Part shown: piece by piece, positions 17,601 to 20,000 of the stretch | Position numbering within the stretch: position 1 is the first letter of the stretch | Layout of the letters: each line of letters starts with the position of its first letter | Source of the DNA: an uncultured bacterium | Lineage (GTDB): Bacteria; B130-G9 | Assembly: GCA_965372715.1 (NCBI GenBank) | Contig: CBDVDH010000008.1 | Location: forward strand, 60,394 to 80,393 | Reading direction: 5' to 3' | DNA length: 20,000 nt | Translations under genes and position numbers: made by a program | Notes under the pieces: generated by a model | What the model was told of the DNA's origin: nothing | What the model saw: only the letters and a program-made list of their open reading frames with translations | Database searches by the model: none

Positions 17601-19546
17601 AAGTGGTCTGCGGTGCCGCCCTCCTCCGACTGACCATCTGAGTAGTTGTTCCCCTTGAATGTCCCGGACGGGCCGGACACGACGAGGTCAAGGTCGTTCA
17701 CGAGGCTCGGGTTGGAATAGAGCTCGCCCGGATAATCGGTCCAGACGAGCGTTACCTCCAGCTTGCTCGAACCGCCAACCTCATACTCGAACGGCGCCTC
17801 GTCTGATGTTGAGAGCCCGGTCGTCTCATCCACCACGATCAGCTGAATGTCATCGTCCGAAAAATGCAGAGTATCAGCGAGCAACACGCGGCCCCAGCCC
17901 TGACCGTTTGATGGGATGTCGCCGTCCCTGTAGGACCCCGTCATGTTCTTGCCACTGTTAACCAAAACCGCCTTGAGAAGAGCGTTACTCGGCTCCAACG
18001 CGTCTCCCTCAATCGCCTCGCCCGACGGGTAGTAGCCTTCTGTGAAATACTGTCTGACGAGCGCACCGCATCCTGCGTGGACAGGGCAGGACATGCTCGT
18101 TCCTGAGTGCTTTGCGGTCCCGCAGTTATACGACCCGATGTTGAAATCGCAGTCGGCAGAATCGACCTCATATCCTGGAGCGGCCACCGTGGGCTTCCTC
18201 CGGCCATCCGCCACGGGGCCATGGCTGCTGAAATATGCCATGTTCTCGGGATCATAATATGTGTACGCATTCTCGGAGGCGCCAGATGTGAGCAGGTTCT
18301 TGGCACAGGCCGGGTTGCCGATTGTCCCGCTATATGGGCCTTCATTGCCTGCCGAGAAGAATATCAGGAAGTCCCTGTAGTCCCACATGAACGCGTCAAC
18401 ATCCTGGCAGTAGACTGAGTAGTCATCCCAGTAGCTCCAGCCCCAGCTATTGGAGTGCAGCTTGGCGCCAGCGTCGTATGCCTGAAGGAAGTAATCCTGG
18501 TACAGATCGTCCGGAAGGGACAAGGAGCTGCCTCGGCCAATGTCCTGGAACACAAGCTTCGCGTTGTAGGCGATGCCATCGTTCGTGTCATACTCATTCT
18601 CGTGCGCAGAGTTGTCCCCGGCTATCGTGCCAGCACAGTGGGTCCCGTGCCCGTAGTCGTCCCAGTCCCCGTTGCCGGCCAGGTCGTAATAGACGATGAT
18701 CTTGCGCTGGTCGTGGTTGACCGTTTCGTCCGGAAGCCCCTCCTCTTCATCGTAGAAGAAGCACATGTCCGCATCGACGCCGGTATCCCCTATACCAACA
18801 ATCTGACCCTCGCCGGTGAGACCATGATCCCAGATCGGTGTATAGTCGTCCTGATTTGACTGCACGACCCATCGCGCCTTCTCGTTGAACAGAACTGGCG
18901 GCCTGTAATACTCAATCCACTCCACGTTAAGAATACGCGCCATCGAATAGACCACGCTCGTGAAGACCTCCTCCGGAACCAAGACCCTCAGCCGAGGACG
19001 ACGCTGGCCGCAGCAACCTCCAACAATGGAAACCCGCTCATCGATCGCCTCAACCTCCCTCTCGATCTCCGCAACATCGGCGCCTCGGAAGGCCTGCACA
19101 ACGAGCTCGATGATGTCGCCTCGCTCCGGCTCGGAAAGAAACTCCTCGATGCGGTGCGGCTGGAAGTATGGCGGCAGCTTGAAGGCCGGCTGGAATATCC
19201 CGACGTAGATAACTCCATTGAGTCTCTTGACGGAGGCAGCCGTCTCTCTGGACATTCTACAGACGAACGCAAAGGTTGGGACGTAGCCCATTACTTCCGC
19301 ACCCGTCCCAACCAAAGAATGCCTAAGCTGCCTGTCAATGGGCCTGCTAAACTGAGCAATATAATACCCGTCAACACCCGGAGCACATTCGGAAAACCGC
19401 AGCGCTGGCGGCAAGTCGGGTATGCCCGAGACCGCTGGATCAAAGCGATACGAGCCAAGCCCTAACGGCAAAGCCATTGCCCCCGCCGATAACGACAGAA
19501 TAAAACAGAGTGAAACAAACAAAGGACTGAGAAAGCCACGTTTCAC
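8624..19546 (-). CDS. Gene A: giant secreted S8 serine peptidase (KP-43-like) with five PQQ-like beta-propellers, Ig-like repeats and a PPC-like domain; about 3640 aa
   Basis: Lies within the 3695-aa ORF. The start is moved to GTG 19546 (SD GGAGG at 19559-19555), giving MKRGFLSPLFVSLCFILSLSAGAMA-LP with an AxA cleavage motif. Triad motifs GIGDTGVD, HGTHCAG and SGTSMSCP, plus SAGN, are present. Stop TAA at 8626-8624. Confidence 0.96.
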   Translation of the reverse strand: MKRGFLSPLFVSLCFILSLSAGAMALPLGLGSYRFDPAVSGIPDLPPALRFSECAPGVDGYYIAQFSRPIDRQLRHSLVGTGAEVMGYVPTFAFVCRMSRETAASVKRLNGVIYVGIFQPAFKLPPYFQPHRIEEFLSEPERGDIIELVVQAFRGADVAEIEREVEAIDERVSIVGGCCGQRRPRLRVLVPEEVFTSVVYSMARILNVEWIEYYRPPVLFNEKARWVVQSNQDDYTPIWDHGLTGEGQIVGIGDTGVDADMCFFYDEEEGLPDETVNHDQRKIIVYYDLAGNGDWDDYGHGTHCAGTIAGDNSAHENEYDTNDGIAYNAKLVFQDIGRGSSLSLPDDLYQDYFLQAYDAGAKLHSNSWGWSYWDDYSVYCQDVDAFMWDYRDFLIFFSAGNEGPYSGTIGNPACAKNLLTSGASENAYTYYDPENMAYFSSHGPVADGRRKPTVAAPGYEVDSADCDFNIGSYNCGTAKHSGTSMSCPVHAGCGALVRQYFTEGYYPSGEAIEGDALEPSNALLKAVLVNSGKNMTGSYRDGDIPSNGQGWGRVLLADTLHFSDDDIQLIVVDETTGLSTSDEAPFEYEVGGSSKLEVTLVWTDYPGELYSNPSLVNDLDLVVSGPSGTFKGNNYSDGQSEEGGTADHLNPVEAVQLNSPEPGTYTITVTGYNVPEGPQPFALVIVGASEFVGGPWPMFMHDRTHTCRGEGNLPGSVGIKWSYETGDSVKSSPIIDGEGNVYFGSDDGKLYIIDEHGSLNAPFDAGSPISSTPSIYTAGDIFFGAEDGKIYCLASDGSFKWTYDTGSAISSSPVIGPHGSLYIGAADGNLYSTSVTGNLRWSYETEGSVVSSPAVGADCLIRFGSNDGLFRVVDSSGDLVGSYQTSGEVKSSAAITEEGISYFGSDDGYLYAVESDGSLRWSVELGSAVGECSPAMDASGNVYIGASGGNFFKFNSYGTLRWSYDAQSAVSGAPAIGQNDRVVFGTQDGVLYCLSSSGSLVWSYEAGSEVGTSVVIAGEMNFMFGLRNGKVISATRSNADPNLTDGDVSPDSGDKDTTFTYTVDYNDADEDDPEEILVYIDGAPHEMSLDSGDSHNGTYTYSTTLSEGDHEFYFACEDVCGGRGRDPETGTYDGPSVNYGPALSDGDVEPDSGTEEETFTYSVYYYDQDGSSPILELVYIDGASHTMTLYSGDAADGEYRYETTLSHGGHEFYFFFTDEDGSSVRLPKHGSYDGPDVTDNYEPDDCCEDAKELETDGTKQDRSLYPAADEDWAYLEAIADAEYVVQTSELDGCDTHLYLYEDDCETLIDDDDNSGGGYASKIEWTCTASGTYYVKVEDNSESSTGEYKLSAEINRGPELSDGSVSPDSGDSSTNFTYTVAYFDADDDAPARIEVLIDGEAHGMTLDSGDAADGIYTYTTTLSGGEHDYHFECDDERGASDRLPVSGEYDGPSVNYDPELSHGYVDPPSGNEDTDFTYYVDYYDRESEVPAVRCVYIDDAAHEMSLASGEAFDGTYSFETSLSEGAHTYYFYFEDTGGGKCRLPSSGYYYGPSFGIWPTFQFDNQRTGWSPYLAPLAPEIRWSFEAQGQIRSAPVISSGNEVCFGDYEHNVLYCLDSSGALLWTFETEGRIDSPAALNSDDEIVFGSWDDNLYCLASSGTLLWSFDSGGDISNSGPAIGPEDEVYFCSATSNKLYSVDSSGGFLWSFEADDKTDSTPSLTEDGTVLFTSRDRRCYAVSADGDLVWSFDSGAAINVAPTVLQSGNIAFGNWEGTVYCLDSTGSVEWYYDTDSPIKSSGAADCNCTFVVGTEEGTFYAIESDGTLRWTYDVEGKAISPIIDRDGVAVLACEDGYVAVVDISDGSERWQIDLGGIITSPLALDSEGVLFLGLEDGSLVAVGNYDSGLSDGQVAPTRGTSETDFTYTVKYCSYTRYVPDEALVYIDGESHEMTLDDGFAYCGVYAFTTKLAEGSHHYYFHFTDEKANEYRLPETGAYDGPEVSDEAAGPWPMFKHDMPHSSLSDYYGPVSCEPAWSYSTGSEAISSSVAIDADSYYYFGCEDGYFYCLDSSGSPQWSYETGDSVTSSPAVSGYGNIYVGSDDEYLYAFSSEGDVLWSYDVEASVGRCSPNIDDNDGTIYIGTLQDAHLWAINSDGTLKWSFYTEWEIDGSPAIDEAGNVYFGREDGYLYCLDSDGSAKWSYYCSQPVRSSPSIDSTGDIYFSCDDGYLYVLDSDGSLDWSFSLGGEETTLYGSPAVDENLGVVYVGSSDEKFYAINTDAALNWTFNGGGLWEGSPALDQAGRVYAGSLDNKLYCFSPSGEIIWSYNMGADVSASCAIDADGSLLVGNSDGLLFKFDKTSGGLSDGRVTPTSGNTDTDFKYRVYYCNDYGYDPTVARVHIDDDAGHEMTLESGDANYGTYKYTTKLDEGDHNFYFYFEDTSGESYRLPEEGTYDGPYVSEGSPHPWPMFRHDRKHTSCTDFEGPLTPLIKWTFDYSEVDPINMTTPTVDYDGNIYFGSQNGNPTKFYSLNSAGEIRWTFDLDPCRINASAALSDDGILYFPTSGSYLYAITVDGEVQWSYHMGDTHEICSPVIGADGSIYLGGESPYKFYAISSAGDLLWSYDVGGSIVSSPALGDDDVIYFGCHDNKLYALESDGSFKWSYQTGGLIDPSPSIDDEGSIYFGSNDQKFYALESDGSFKWSYNTGSPTFSSPALATDGTIYFGVETAKIFALNSDGSFKWTYQTTSSVQGSPFVDKFGDIYVGSNKPGYRGEILALHPDGSLKWSYETGDWVTGSPSHDSYCNLYLTSWDGILRCFTNYDEGLSDPQVLPDCGTTETKFAYEVKYFNVYGYDAVEALVYIDGDPHDMDLEFGNRHNGIFRFRTKLAAGSHNYYFFFENENGATYRSPEAGAFDGPDVSEDNKGPWPMYQCRRTNAGRSEYSGPASPTFKWSYDGCGVLAASPVLSPDGSIYVGSFTLNKVFGIGSDGSLDWSFDCGAQIYSSCAVDNDGNIYVGCYDDYLYSFDPDGHVRWSYRAGADIHASPTVSDEGVIYFSSFDANLYAMDREGTLLWTYDYDSVAYAAAAVTDTGDVVLADDDGYLHRVGSDGSFQWTYDAGCQLKGTPAISDNERVLTGDYCGVIRAIDSQGNLLWTFDTGGAINNGLAIASDGTVHSACRAGLLWALESTGEVKWSYDFQSDNSVYGCPIVDINGVVYFGARNQKLFAINPDGGLKWSYDCGSSIDDSPCITSDGKIFIGTTNGRLLCFGNTNPELSNGSVSPESGSPSTTFTYSVDYYDADGEAPAEKLVYVDDEPFEMALDSGDAHDGTYAYQTTLNSGSHDYYFFFEDESGGSDRLPASGSYDGPDVSYAPELSNGGVEPDSGTTSTLFTYSVDFFDGDDDAPTSILVYIDGDSCDLTLESGDAWDGAYEYSAYLSEGAHNFYFYAETGDGSDRLPESGTYDGPDVNCNPVLSDGTVDPESGTSATVFEYSVHYYDADQDTPSEKVVYIDGDPKTMTLDSGNPADGVYTYTTQLSQGSHYYYFYFEDGNGSGDRLPASGDYDGPEVNYVPTLSDGAVDPTFAGVSTTFAYSVRYYDADGAAPPTASVIVDGAAHSMTLSNGDPADGTYEYETSVDNLLSLSRVGSIV
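8668..9763 (-). repeat. Gene A terminal Ig-like modules 8-10 plus incomplete module 11
   Basis: Three full units PxLSxGxVxPxSG...F.YSV.Y.D.D...P....VY[IV]D....[ML].L.SG...DG.Y.Y...L..G.H..YF..E...G..RLP.SG.YDGP.V. A fourth unit stops matching after DGTYEYETS. Confidence 0.9.
9765..14882 (-). repeat. Gene A propellers 2-5 alternating with single Ig-like modules 5-7
   Basis: Propellers begin WPTFQFD (about 14882), WPMFKHD (about 13536), WPMFRHD (about 12170) and WPMYQCR (about 10791). Each has eight ~40-aa W[ST]Y.....SSP......IY.G..D..LY....G blades. The period is roughly 1.35-1.38 kb. Confidence 0.92.
14890..16436 (-). other. Gene A Ig-Ig / PPC-like / Ig-Ig block
   Basis: Ig-like modules 1-2 (about 16436-15835) and 3-4 (about 15487-14890) flank DNYEPDD...DEDWAYL...DTHLYLY...DDDDNSGGGYASKIEW...SGTYYVKV......GEYKL. 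That central pattern is typical of pre-peptidase C-terminal (PPC)-like domains. Confidence 0.8.
16440..17468 (-). other. Gene A beta-propeller 1 (8 blades, PQQ/BamB-like)
   Basis: GPWPMFMHDRTHT is followed by eight blade motifs, from WSYETGDSVKSSP to WSYEAGSEVGTSV. Confidence 0.92.
17490..18890 (-). other. Gene A S8 catalytic domain plus C-terminal beta-barrel, KP-43 protease-like
   Basis: Asp 18785-18787, His 18647-18649, Asn 18344-18346, Ser 18095-18097. Subfamily-type motifs: GLTGEGQIVGIGDTG, HSNSWG, FSSHGPVADGRRKP, PSNALLKAVLVNSG, QGWGRV and LVWTDYPG...LVNDLDL...NVPEGPQPFALV. Confidence 0.93.
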
Positions 19547-19554
19547 GAGTCTGC

Positions 19555-19559
19555 CCTCC
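19555..19559 (-). promoter_or_regulatory. Shine-Dalgarno site of gene A
   Basis: GGAGG lies 8 nt upstream of GTG 19546. Confidence 0.82.
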
Positions 19560-19635
19560 AAAGTGTGTGGCACACGAAGACGCCAAGTCGCCTTGTCGAT
19601 TTGGGGAAAGGACAATGGCTGCCCCTTGTATTGGG

Positions 19636-19664
19636 CTGCCGTCCAACCGTCCAAGGGACGGCAG
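19636..19664. other. GC-rich inverted repeat in the gene A leader
   Basis: ctgccgtcc (19636-19644) and ggacggcag (19656-19664) form a perfect 9-bp stem. The element includes a tandem ccgtccaa-ccgtccaa duplication. Confidence 0.55.
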
Positions 19665-19736
19665 AGCCTGCAGAATACCGCGAGCCGCATGAGGAAACTG
19701 CCAACGTTCATCCCCCAAGCCCATCACTGAGCACAA

Positions 19737-19763
19737 GTTCTAACATTCTAGCCAGGCGGTCAA
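19737..19763 (-). promoter_or_regulatory. Weak candidate sigma70-type promoter for gene A
   Basis: TTGACC (19763-19758), 15 nt, TAGAAC (19742-19737) preceded by TGn. A second TAGAAT lies at 19750-19745. The spacing is suboptimal. Confidence 0.3.
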
Positions 19764-19978
19764 CCCTTGAAACTAACAGACACTCCCAACAAGGTCAAGA
19801 AGATTCATAGCCTCAATTTCCTAGTTACTGAAGTGATATGGTTGAGATCGGGGTTGCAGAGCAGGATGGGAATGACGTCGCGTGTATTACCCTGCGATGT
19901 GGTTCGGCGCGAGGTTCAGGATCTGTGCGAGTTTGCGTTGCCTAGCCCGAATAATTCAAGGGCATGACTCTCGTCGGT

Positions 19979-20000
19979 GTGGGGCAGGCTTTCCAGCCTG
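19979..20000 (+). repeat. REP-like palindrome (GTRG-type), cut by the window edge
   Basis: GTGG-gg-CAGGCT-ttcc-AGCCTG: a GTRG tetranucleotide followed by a short GC-rich palindrome, the architecture of RAYT-associated REP sequences. Only one copy is visible. Confidence 0.55.

Noticed and set aside
19547-19711. ATG 19711 as the start of gene A
   Set aside because: It would bury the signal peptide 55 residues inside the protein. GTG 19546 has a good SD and mirrors the start of gene B.
8583-19810. Short ORFs overlapping gene A, including the 319-aa ORF at 13505-14464 +
   Set aside because: They overlap a well-supported gene. Stop-poor antisense frames are expected in GC-rich repetitive coding DNA.
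19767-19967. 66-aa ORF on the + strand, divergent from gene A
   Set aside because: It is short, starts with TTG and has no SD or recognisable motif. There is not enough support to call it.
1-20000. Taxonomic assignment
   Set aside because: The SD sites and signal peptides indicate a prokaryote, probably a bacterium, but no marker gene is present to go further.

Overview
Two giant, co-oriented minus-strand genes fill this window. Both encode secreted, acidic, multi-domain subtilisin-like (S8) proteases. Gene A (about 19546 to 8624, about 3640 aa) has a signal peptide, a propeptide, a KP-43-type S8 domain with a canonical Asp-His-Ser triad and a C-terminal beta domain. These are followed by five 8-bladed PQQ/BamB-like beta-propellers interleaved with 10 copies of a ~100-aa Ig-like module and one PPC-like domain. 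It stops partway through an 11th Ig-like module, exactly where a TTGACA promoter-like motif for the next gene lies. Gene B (GTG at 8462, running off the left edge, at least 2820 aa) is missing from the supplied ORF track because it has no stop in the window; I translated it by hand. It has a signal peptide and a divergent S8 domain with Glu at the catalytic Asp position. These are followed by the same Ig/propeller/Ig kit, two Cys/His-rich tandem domains and at least 14 tandem ~98-aa Ig-like repeats. A REP-like palindrome sits at the right edge. I found no RNA genes, CRISPR array or transposase. Domain names come from motif recognition, not database searches.
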